DNA of 64,000 bases from Vicugna vicugna (Eukaryota). Shown in pieces: positions 1 through 10,335 of the stretch (positions are counted from its first letter, which is position 1; every line of letters begins with the position of its first letter). The position numbers and the translations under genes are program-made. The notes beneath the pieces were generated by a model, which saw only the letters and a list, made by a program, of their open reading frames with translations, had not been told where the DNA came from and did not search any database. Where the stretch lies: contig MU059330.1 of NCBI GenBank assembly GCA_013265495.1, positions 7,868,990 to 7,932,989 of the forward strand, written 5' to 3'.

Positions 1-706
1 TTTTTTTCTCCTTTGTTTCTCTGTTGTTGATTTCCAGTTTCATGGCATTGTGGTCAGTAAAGATGCTTGAGATAATTTCTATCTTCTTAAATTTGTTGAG
101 GTTTCTTTTGTGTCCAAGTACATGATCGATCCTGGAAAATGTTCCATGTGCACTTGAAAAGAATGTATATTCTATTTTTTGGGGGTGTAATGCTCTGAAA
201 ATATCCACCAAATCTAGTTTTTCTATTGTAGTATTTAATTTCTCTGTTGCCTTGTTTATTTTCTGTCTGGAATATCTGTCTAGTGATGTTAATGCAGTGT
301 TAAAATCTCCAACTATGATTGTATTCCCATCAATATCGTCCTTTATCTCTGTTAGTAATTCTTGTATGTGCTTAGGTGCTCCTATATTGGGTGCATATAT
401 ATTAACGAGTGTAATGTCTTCATCTTGTATCTCTCCTTTAATCACTATAAAATGTCCCTCTTTATCTTTCTTTATGGCCTTTGTTTTAAAGTCTATTTTG
501 TCTGAAATCAGTACTGCAACACCTGCTTTTTTGGCTTTTCCATTTGCATGGAATATCCTTTTCCATCCTTTCACTCTCAATCTATATGTGTCCTTCTCCC
601 TAAAGTGGGTCTCTTGTATGCAGCATATTGAAGGTTCTTGCTTTATTATCCAGTCTGCCACCCTATGTCTTTTGACTGGAGCATTTAGTCCATTAACATT
701 TACAGT
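1..706 (-). mobile_element. Young LINE-1, 5'-truncated at the start of ORF2; continues off the left edge
   Basis: Reverse complement is classic L1 ORF2 sequence; no frameshift or stop over 705 nt. Confidence 0.97.
2..706 (-). CDS. LINE-1 ORF2p APE-like endonuclease domain (partial, 235 codons, no start codon)
   Basis: Manual translation: TVNVNGLNAPVKRHRVADWIIKQEPSICCIQETHF...NIYAPN...GDFNT...FSRIDHVLGHK...FTDHNAMKLEIN. Motifs equivalent to human L1 N14, E43, Y115, D145, D205 and H230 are all present. Confidence 0.95.
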
Positions 707-713
707 ATAATCT

Positions 714-1271
714 ATGCATTTTTTAATATAATTTTTTAACTTTTTAAATTGATTTATAATTATTTTACAATGTTGTGTCAAATTCCAATGTAGAGCACAA
801 TTTTTCAATTATATATGAACATATATATATTCATTGTCACATTTTTTTCTCTGTGAGCTACCATAAGATCTTGTATATATTTCCCTGTGCTATACAGTAT
901 AATCTTGTTTATTCTACATTTTGAAATCCCAGTCTATCCCTTCCCACTCCCCACCCCCTTGGCAAACACAAGTTTGTATTCTATGTCTATGAGTCTGTAT
1001 CTGTTTTGTATTTATGTTTTGTTTTGTTTGTTTTGTTTTGTTTTGTTTTTTTTAGATTCCACATATGAGCGATCTCATATGGTATTTTTCTTTCTCTTTC
1101 TGGCTCACTTCACTTAGAATGACATTCTCCAGGAGCATCCATGTTGCTGCAAATGGCGTTACATTGTCAGTTTTTATGGCTGAATAGTATTCCATTGTAT
1201 AAATATACCACATCTTCTTTATCCAATCATCTGTTGATGGACACTTAGGCTGTTTCCATGTCTTGGCTATT
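714..1271 (-). mobile_element. LINE-1 3' end (ORF2 C-terminus, 3'UTR, A-rich tail), lineage-specific young type
   Basis: Antisense L1 motifs (tgttgctgcaaatgg, atctgttgatggacacttaggctgtttcca, tttagattccacat) and a T-rich tail at ~714-760; contains (GTTTT)n at ~1016-1053. Confidence 0.92.
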
Positions 1272-1588
1272 AGTTCACCATTTTTAAAGGTTATACTTCA
1301 CTTATAGTTATTATAAAATACTGGCTGTATTCATTGTATTGTACAACACACCTTTGTAACTTATTTTATACCTGATAGTTTGTACCTTTTAATCCTACAC
1401 CTCCATCTTGCCCCTCTCCCTTCCCTCTCCCCACTGGTAACCACTAGTTCCTTCTCTACATCTGTGAGTCTGTTTCTTTTCTGTTATACTCACAAATTTG
1501 TTGTATTATTTTTAGATTCCACGTGTAAGTGATATCTTACAGTATTGTCTTTCTCTGTCTGACTTATTTCACTTAGCATAATGCCCTT
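1272..1588 (-). mobile_element. Older LINE-1 3' end fragment
   Basis: ccactggtaaccactagtt, tttagattccacgtgtaagtgatatc, ctgacttatttcacttagcataatgccc are antisense L1 3' sequence. Confidence 0.85.
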
Positions 1589-2035
1589 CAGTAGAGTCAG
1601 AGTGTGATAGTTAAGACTGCGTTGTGGGTTTCTGAAAAGGATCTTTCAAATTTGAAGGAACCGCCCCTGGAGTGTAGATTCCTGATTAGGATGTTTAATA
1701 TGTTGGCAAACCACTCCCAGATTGTAAATTAAAACTGCTTCACACACACACTTGTGCATTTTATCCAATCTCAGATGCCATCACTTGTAAGACGCGCCTT
1801 TTTATTTATCACTAAGAAAAGAAATGCTGCCAATAAAACGGATACAATGCTTCTCAATCACATTAACGTTTTATTTTACATTTGTTGAAAGAAGATTGGA
1901 CTTAGATTTTTACCATATAGTGAACATGTTCGTAGAAAAGGAAAAAAATACATGAAGAATTGCTACGGTTTTCCTTAGAAAATCTTCCCATCCAAAATTT
2001 GACTTTTTAAAATCACTTTCTTGACAAAGAAAGTC

Positions 2036-2038
<3 letters not shown>

Positions 2039-2086
<48 letters not shown>
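2039..2086. repeat. (GT)24 microsatellite
   Basis: Perfect dinucleotide run read directly. Confidence 0.99.
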
Positions 2087-2089
<3 letters not shown>

Positions 2090-2179
2090 CAAGGACAGTG
2101 AAGATGCATGCACCTTTTCTTAGAATATCTAAAGCTGTTGGTGCTGGCTCTCACCTGGCTCTGTCATCATATGGATTTA

Positions 2180-2480
2180 GCAGGGATGGACCTAGGTGAT
2201 GGGGGACTGAAGTTTATAAAATTTAGGGAAGGAGGCTTTCAAAAAAAGAACACAAACTCACAAATACAAAATTAGGTATGATCATTAACGAGAAATTTAG
2301 AATGAGAAAATAAATACTACAAAATACTAACAAATTTGCAAAGTCAAATTTTTTAATCAAAAGCTGTCAAATACCACAAACGTTCCAAAATACCCCCCAA
2401 ATAACATAAATACTTTCATTATTTGACTACTTGACTGCCTCTACAATGTTCTGTTTCCTGCTTTTTTTGGCTACATGCTC
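2180..2480. mobile_element. hAT-Tip100-type DNA transposon relic (MER96B-like)
   Basis: cagggatggacctagg...gaagtttataaaattt...aatacaaaattaggtatg...atttagaatgagaaaa resembles the recalled consensus. Confidence 0.5.
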
Positions 2481-3032
2481 AGTGGTTGTAGCGTTGTATT
2501 GAGTTACGACGTAGTAGTTACCAAATTGACTTATTGTTCCTTGTGAGAAGCAGTTTTTGTCATTGGGACCCTTGGTCCTCCAGACTCTTTCACTGCTTTG
2601 CTTCAGTTTTCCATGCCGTTTTTACAGGAGACTGCCAGATTCCATCAGGACAAGATGCTGTCGTTACACTAAAAAGCCGCCTCAGGTACCGGCGTGTCTG
2701 AAACTTCGCCCACAGGGATGTTTGCAGCTCTTGCCGTTTGGGGCACCGTTACATGTTTGTTCTCTTAAAACAGAGGAATAATAATCACACAGTAAACTGT
2801 GTGATTTTCATAAAAAGATGAGGTTTGTTTCTAGTTGTACACATTTCTTTGTTCAGTTTCCCTACAGAAGAGCACGTCCATGTGGATTTGGATTGATGAT
2901 AACCGAGCCCTCTGCTTACAGCTTTATACCTTTGATGACTGGAAGAGACGTGCGCGGACTAGCTTTTGGCTGGTCCATTTGTAAGCTTGTTTTCCCTTCA
3001 CTACCCCCTCCTCATGCTTGAGGCATTGGAGC

Positions 3033-3413
3033 TGTATTAGTTTGCTCCAGTGGCCATAGAAAAACACCACAGAGAGGGCAGCTGAAATGACAGAAACATA
3101 TTCTCTCACAGTTCTGGAGACAGGAAGTCCAAGATCAAGGTGTCTGCATGTTTGGTTTCTCTTGCGGCCTCTCTCCTTGGCTGGCAGACCACTGCCTTCT
3201 GGTTGTGTCCTCATGTGGCCTTTTTTTGTTTTGCACAGGTATTCCTGGTGTCTCTTCCTCTTCTTACAAGGACACCAGTCCTATTGGATTAGGGCCCCAC
3301 CCTTATGACCTCATTTAACCTTAATCACCTCCTGAAAGGCCCACACTGGGAGCCAGGGCTTCAATCTATGAATCTGAGGGAGTTGGGGAGGGACACAATT
3401 CAGTCTGTTAGCA
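3033..3413 (-). mobile_element. MaLR solo LTR, MLT1A-like
   Basis: tgtattagtttgct...ctcacagttctggag...gtccaagatcaaggtg...ggattagggccccaccc...cacaattcagtc. Confidence 0.9.
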
Positions 3414-3754
3414 GGGCTACCTCTGGCCCTACACTGTTGTGCCAAGATGCTGAGTGGGGTGACACAGTGGGTGGAGGGGAAGACCTGGAAGCATTCCTGT
3501 AGAGGGATGGCTAGTGATGACTGAGTTAAACTTCCAAGTGACCGTGAGCCGTGTAAACCTCATTGAACCTCAGCTACCACCCGTTTTTCCTGTTCAGCTT
3601 CTCCTTAACAAGGTCCCTTCCCGACATGAGGAGAATGGAGATGAGGACACATCAGGGTAAAAGGAGACCATGGTCCTCACCACTACTGGTTGCATATCTT
3701 ACCTTTGCAGATTTTGCTCATGCAGTTATACTAGTAGGATACATAGGTCCTCAG

Positions 3755-3822
3755 TAGGGTCCCCTGCAAGTGAGGAGCCCAGAAGCTTAAACCTGATTAG
3801 TTTCATGGTAAATCCATCTCTG
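3755..3822. mobile_element. hAT-type DNA transposon terminal fragment
   Basis: ctgcaagtgaggagcccagaagcttaaacctgattagtttcatggtaaatccatctctg resembles a hAT-Tip100 terminus. Confidence 0.5.
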
Positions 3823-3989
3823 AGAACTCACTTGCTTTTGATGACAAGTTTGGGAAAACCCCCAAACACAAGAGATTTACCATCTCCAACCCCTCCTGAC
3901 AACTATTTGGATCCTAGGGGTTAAAAAGTATCCTACTTCATCTGTAGGCTTTTCTTCTAAATGGCTAACATCCAACCTGAAAGTTTTAT

Positions 3990-4725
3990 TTTTTTCCCAA
4001 ATGAAACCTCTTATTTTAAGATAATGGAGATTCATATGCAGTTGTAGGAAATAATATAGAAAGACCCGGTTTCCCCCCAATGGCAGCATCTTGCAAAACG
4101 ATGGTGCAACATCACAACCAGGACAGGGATACAGATACAGTCAAGACACAGAGAATTTCCATCTCCATCAGGGCCTCTCCTGCTGTCCCTTTTTAGCCAC
4201 AGCCACTTCCCTCCCACCCCCATCCTCTCCTTAATCCCTGGCAGCCATTCACTATTCTCCATTTCTAAAATTTTGTCATTTTGAGAACGTTGTATATAGT
4301 AGTCCCGCCTTATCTGTGGTTTTGCTGCCTGTGGTTTCAATTATCTGCATTCAACTGCAGTCTGAAATTATTAAAAGGAAAATTCCAGAGATAATTCATA
4401 AGTTTTAAATTGTACACCCTTCTGAGTAGCATGAGGAAATCTCTCGCTGACCATCTCCATCCTGGCTGGGATGTGAACCATCCCTTCTCCCAGCATATCC
4501 ATGCTCTATACAGTAGCCACCCATTAGTACAGGATAAAACATAACGTATATAGGGTTTGGTACTCTCTGTGATTTCAGGCATCCACTGGTCTAGGGCTGG
4601 TCTTAGAACATATCCCTGTGGATAAGGGAGGATCATTGTAAATGGATCACATAATCACATAGTATGTAACCTTTTGAGGTTTTTTTTTTCACTCAGCATA
4701 ATTCTTTGGAGATTCATCCAATTTG
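3990..4725 (-). mobile_element. L1MB-type 3' end, interrupted by MER2
   Basis: ccccaatggcagcatcttgcaaaac...cagtcaagacacagagaatttccatc; resumes after 4640 with aatgga...ttcactcagcataattc...gagattcatcca. Confidence 0.8.
4297..4638. mobile_element. MER2-type TcMar-Tigger non-autonomous DNA transposon
   Basis: Termini tagtagtcccgccttatctgtgg and gtggataagggaggatcattg, flanked by TA at 4295-4296 and 4639-4640. Confidence 0.85.
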
Positions 4726-5189
4726 CCTGCCTTCTCTTTACCATTTAGAGTCTCCTTACATTTGTTTTAAATTTAATGTCCAGGGTTTTAATTTTTACCT
4801 AGTGAAAGGAATTGAAAAAAACACATCTATTCCCTTTTGGAAGCAGATGTCCACCCTGCAGGCTTTGATGCTGGTAGTTTTTTGGTGTTTGCTCCCATGC
4901 AGTCACTGGCGATGACACAGGACCACGGCCCAGCCAGGAGGTGGATCAGAGACGGTAATGTGTGAAAAAAAGTCTTTGACTGCAATACGATGTTATGTAG
5001 CCTATGATAAGTATTTTCCTGGCCGTCACAGACCATCTAGCAGGGAATCTGTCAATTATCCATACTTTAAGGCCCACCGGAATTCTGGTCTCATCATCTT
5101 GGTTTTCCAGTCTGAAGATGCTAAAATCAGAAGGATATTAAACTTGGCTAATGTTGAACAAAGTCATTGAAGGGTTTGTGCACATAGTT

Positions 5190-5470
5190 TGTGGTACGGT
5201 TTGAGTTTCCAGGAAGCAGTAGAGTGTGTAGGATGTTTACTTAGGGGCACTCAAAGGAAGCAGGATGGGAGGGAGAGGTAAGCTGTGGTGGCCACAGCCA
5301 ACCACGTGTGGAACTTAGGTGCTGGATGACCCTTCAGAACGGTCCAGAGCTGGACCCAGATGGCCAGTCCTTTCCACACACGCTCAGAAGAGTCTCTGGA
5401 TGGGGGCTACTCTGAGGGGCACAAGCAGTCAGCCAGGAGGCTCTGTGCAGCTGAGACATCCCTGAAAGAT
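5190..5470. mobile_element. Ancient ERVL-type LTR relic
   Basis: gtttccaggaagcag...ggaagcaggatggga...gctggatgacccttcaga pattern; highly diverged. Confidence 0.4.
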
Positions 5471-7038
5471 CTCACCTTTCTGGACCATCATCCCTGAAAG
5501 GTCTGTCTTTGAGTAGCTGGACATCGAGTCCTTCACCTAAGAGAGCTCCCGGCACTGTCTCAGCACCCCGTGCCCCTGCCCACGGTGTGTCAATAAATAA
5601 ACATATTCCAAAGATATATTTTCAAGTGTTTTCCTGTTAGGGGTGTATAGTCAAAAAGTTGGGTAACAACTGTCCTTGAAAGCTGATTATTTTTGTGGGA
5701 AAACCATGCCCATATTTCAGTGAACAACAATTCATAACTTCTGATTTGTTGATAAGAGTTTTTTGGTCTTTAAGGTGGTTTTTCCCCCTAAAAGGGATGG
5801 CTTACATTTATTTGGGGTTTTAGATTAACATTCAATTTATTCAAATAAAAAAGTACAAGTTTTGTTTTCCTTAAGCTTGTCAGCCCTGCTTATAAATCTT
5901 ATTGTTCTTTTTATAAATCCAGTGAATTTTAACAGTCCTATTCAAGGGTGCTTTTATTAGTGTTTCAGTTGGACAGACCAGACTACCTTAAATAATCAGC
6001 CCTGTTTACAACTTAGTTAATTAAATTCCTTTAAACATTTTTACTGCATTTCTAAATATAATATATTTGATTTTGCCTCTGTAGTTAAAGTCATAAATTA
6101 AACTTATGGATATAGTAAATCTCAACTTCTCTTAAGCATTCCAGCCCTGTTTACAAACCTAGCCAAATTCTTTTAAACCTTTCAGCTTAAAATCTCAAGT
6201 CTAAAATAAGATGCACATTTTAATGGAATCACCAAGGGAACCCATTGGTTCTGATAGGGCAAATTATCCTGAAACACTCTAAATACCAAACACTCACAGG
6301 ATTTTCCTCAGTGTAACGTACAAGGTTTATTCCTCAGTGTAGCAAACAAGCATCTGTACTCTAACCTTCTTTTGGAAGCTGGGTGTCCTCTGATTGTCAG
6401 AAGCTCTCAGGTATTTTTAGGTGGATGGTGATGGTCCAACCAGGTGATAGGAGCAGATCTCAAACCTGACTCTGCCCTCCATATGGATATTTATTAAACA
6501 AACTCCTATGATCAAGTCTGTGAGCTCAATGAAGTCCCATTTCTCTATCTTGTGGGTGGTCCAACCATGCTGCACAGAAGTTCACCTGAGGAAGATATGA
6601 CGTTATCCACAGATGTTTCCCAACTCTGTGGAGAACATGGGAGCCTTAAGGTATCAAAAGTTGGTGACATCATTTACTGGCTTCCTCTATCCTGTTCATG
6701 AAGTGTGGGGATTGTTACTAACATATTTTACTTAATCACATTAACTTGTGTACCACTAATTTTACTAACAAAATCCCCTTCAGACTCTTTCTGTGTTAAT
6801 GAGAAAAATCTTGGGTGTTGATGGAGATTTGGGTCTTTTGCTGTAGCCTTCTTGGTGCACAGTGGGCTTGTTGGTAGAATGCTGACCTCAGGCTGGGGTT
6901 CTCCATAAGGCCACCAACGGTGCCTAAGGGGTCACTTAAACTGACACATTGCATTGCACTATTTCAAGATAGATTATATACATCTTAACACCTTCCAAGA
7001 GTAAATGAGATACTCAACAAAAAACCAGTTTTACATTT

Positions 7039-7411
7039 TGTTATGGACTGAATTGTGTCCCCATCCCCCAAATTCATATTTTGAAGCTCTCATACTCAAT
7101 GTGATGACATTAGGAGGTGAGGCCTTTAGGAGATAATTGGTTTTAGATGAGGTCATGAGTGTGGAGCCCTCAAGATGGAATTAGTGTCCTTTAAAGAAGA
7201 GATACAGAGAGCTATCTCTCTCCTTCTTTCCTCTCTCATCTATGTGAAGACAAAGGCATCATCTGCAAGCCAGAAAGAGGGTCTTCACCAGTACCTGACC
7301 ATGTGGGTGCCTTGATCTTGGATTTCCATCCTCCAGAACTGTGAGAAATACACATCTGTTGTTTAAGTCATTCAGTCCATGGTGTTTTGTTATGAGAGCC
7401 TGAGCTAATAC
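7039..7411 (+). mobile_element. MaLR solo LTR, MLT1A0-like
   Basis: tgttatggactgaattgtgtcccc...ttagatgaggtcatgag...ccagaactgtgagaaata...ctaatac. Confidence 0.92.
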
Positions 7412-7974
7412 GCCATTCCAGATGTATGGGGTTCACAGCCTGAGCAGAAAGATGTCACTTCTCTCTGGGAGAATTTCGCCTGAGTTCCATGCCCTGGATG
7501 CGCCAGTCTTCTGGTGCTTCAGGTGGACATATGGAGCCTTTTAATAATCATCCATGGGGAACTACCGGGACTCCTAGACCACACCCTTCAAATGGGATGA
7601 ACTTGCACCCCGTGTCCTCCTGGTTCAAGTTAACTCTTACCAGTTACTGAATTACTGTGAGTTGAGTGAAGCCCTCAGTCTCGCTGAGATGGCACTGACT
7701 TCCCTCCTTACTTGGTTTGATTTTGCATTTCTTCAGTTCCCTTAAATAATTTTAATGGTTTCTGTTTTCCTTAGCAAAATTAGCCCATAATTCTTTCCCC
7801 TCATTTGAGTCTGCAGTGAGTCCCACCCCACTGCCTTGAAATAAATCTCTTTTAGAAATTCTCCTTTTCTTGCTGTTTTATTCTCTAACATGGATTATGA
7901 AATTTTGACCCATGTAGGAGAATGTATGTAGTGTACGTGTATCCTATGATGCACAGTGATGCGATAAACACCAG

Positions 7975-8300
7975 GAATACCTTGTAGAATCAAAGGAAGA
8001 TGGAGCCATTGGGCCTCGGGAGGATAGGACATCTAGTTCTGGGGATCTTAGAAACCAAAGTTTCCAGATGACCTCTCTAGTGTATGGTTGTCAATCCAAT
8101 GATTCAACTCCAACTCCCCTCTCTCCTGTGTCTCCTTCAAGGGTGAGTTCCCAGGAAGGAAAGCCTGTTTGACCTAGCTTGCTCACATACTCGGCTCCGT
8201 GGTTAGGGTGTGGCAGATCCTATCACTGGGGGACACAGAAGGTCAGTATAGTTCCCCCAACAGAAAAGGTGAAGTAGGTAAAACAAACATTCATTTTCCA
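7975..8300 (-). mobile_element. Ancient ERVL LTR relic (LTR16/LTR33-like)
   Basis: Reverse strand gtatgtgagcaagctaggtcaaacagg...ttcctgggaa resembles this LTR group. Confidence 0.4.
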
Positions 8301-8944
8301 CGCGCTCCAAGCCAGGAGCTGCGGGTGGGGCTTAGCCGGGGCTCCCTGTCCTTGTCACCACTTGCTCCCATGTGGGTTTCACCTCATTTGGCAGTTGCTG
8401 GCCAGAGTATCCTGTTCTCTGGCTGGTCTCACTTCATTGTATTGCATGAAAAATCCTTGAATAGCATTTGAATGTCATTTTCAACCAATTTTCTAGCATT
8501 GATGTATAGATTTTCTTTGTTACTGGTTGCTAATTTTGAGAAGGAATTAAATTCCATGCTTGACTCATGTTTTGAACCATAGCGGATATTTCAGGGGTAG
8601 GTTGGCAAGGTTGTGAATGGGGTGAGAGTAGTGGAGCAAGAAAGAAGATGAATGAAGTTGCATATAGCAATTCTCACTAAGGGAATACATGAATTAATTA
8701 TAGGTAGAGTTTTAAACCTTATGAGTTTGGAGGAGTCTCATAGGTTTCTGCCAATGTGGGTTGGATTGCCTGACCTCTAGTCCACCTGGCTGTGGTTTTC
8801 CGCTCACGCCTTTACTCTCAAAGGTTTGGTTTTTCACCATCTGCTTCATCTCTGCAATCTTGTGTGCCCACCTTAATAAAAATAATTGCAAAAATGATAG
8901 TAACCACCCTTTTCAGGAGCTTATGTAGTAGACATGCTTAGCAC

Positions 8945-9060
8945 TTGATGTATATGTTTAGCTTAATTTTCAGACCAGCTCTGCAAGGCAGATCTTTCTA
9001 TCCCTATTTTACAAGGTGGGGAAACTGGAGCTTTGTGAGGTTACTTCTGCTCAGTTTGGC
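8945..9060 (-). mobile_element. MIR SINE fragment
   Basis: ccctattttacaaggtggggaaactggag core. Confidence 0.75.
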
Positions 9061-9139
9061 TTGAATTTTTGTCATCGGCATCCACACTGCCTGGTGGCAG
9101 CTGACTGGAGAGGCAGGATGGTCACAGGGCCAAGAGGAG

Positions 9140-9360
9140 TCTGCTTGTCTGATTCGGATCTTGGTTCCATCATTTACTAGTTGTGTAACCTAGTAAGTCC
9201 CTTAACCATTCTTGGCCTCAGTTTTCCCATCTGTAAAGTGAGGAGAATCACTGAACTTACTACTAAGGTCATTGTGATAATTAAAGAAATTAACATATGA
9301 AAAGCACATGAAACAGCGCATGGTCTTTAAGGGGCTCAACATAAAGGTTGGTTATTGTTA
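9140..9360 (+). mobile_element. MIR SINE
   Basis: ttactagttgtgtaacctagtaagtcccttaacc...ggcctcagttttcccatctgtaaagtgagga. Confidence 0.85.
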
Positions 9361-9804
9361 TGTGTCCGTGGGTGGTGTATAGAAGGGAGAATTCCTGGGA
9401 GTCAGGACGATTAACTAGCTGTGGGATTTTGAGTCAGGTCATTTTGCTCTTTGATCTGCTGACGTGACCGTGGAATTAGGAGGCAGATGGAATGTTCTCC
9501 AAGGACCTCTCAACAGTAAACTGGAATGAATGAGGGGCTTTTTGCACTTTCTGAAGTCCATGCCATTTCCCCTAGGGGTAACAGGTTGGAGAAGAAGCCA
9601 TGAAGGGTGACAATAAGGTCCTCCCACCTGGACAGGTGTTCTGCCCAGAATGTCTCTTGCCAAACAGAACTGGCCTCACACAAGCAAGCCTGGGGTTCAC
9701 AGGCTGTAAACCAGGGCTCCCTGAACTGGGGTACTGAGAACAAAGGAGCCAAGTGCAGGGTTTCCAAGGAGGTGGTGGCAGCAGTGATGATTCAAAGACA
9801 TACA

Positions 9805-10335
9805 CTTTCAAGGCAAGAATCCTTAACTTTCTTTGTCCCTTGGACCCCTTTGGCCATCTGATGAGGTCCATGCAACCTTTCTGCAAATAATGTTTTTAAA
9901 TACACAAAATAAAATACATAGAATTATAAAGAAAACCAATTGGGTTAAAATATAATTACCATATATAATTATACATGTATGATATATAGCTGATATACAT
10001 GTATGTGTATATATAAAGTTGGTGATTCAGTAATATATGGGCTTCTTTATTACTGTATTAAATAGCCAGCTCAAGCTCCCATGGCAGGTCTAACAGCTAC
10101 CTAAATTTTGAAATAGTGATGAGAGTAAATATTTTCAGATACCTGCACAACCTTAATGTGATGTGAAAATACTGGTGATTTCTCTTGGTGATAAAGTCTC
10201 CGAGAGGACCGTGGTTGGCTGCCTGCATTCCCATTTGAAGGAAGTGCTAAATTTCAGTTAGAGGTTAGTGAAAATAAAGATGTTAATTTTTTTCCCATCC
10301 AAGTTTATAGATCCCCTGAATTCATGCCACCCCAA
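9805..10335. mobile_element. hAT-Charlie-type non-autonomous DNA transposon
   Basis: ggacccctttggc...aataatgtttttaaat...aaaataaaatacatag...gaggttagtgaaaataaagatgt...ttcccatccaagtt. Confidence 0.65.

Noticed and set aside
252-710. 152-aa plus-strand ORF
   Set aside because: Antisense shadow of the L1 ORF2 endonuclease frame.
3703-3763. Minus-strand exon candidate (cttgcag|G ... AAG|GTAAGA, 61 nt)
   Set aside because: Stops in all frames, the acceptor overlaps a hAT relic, and isolated consensus donors are expected by chance.
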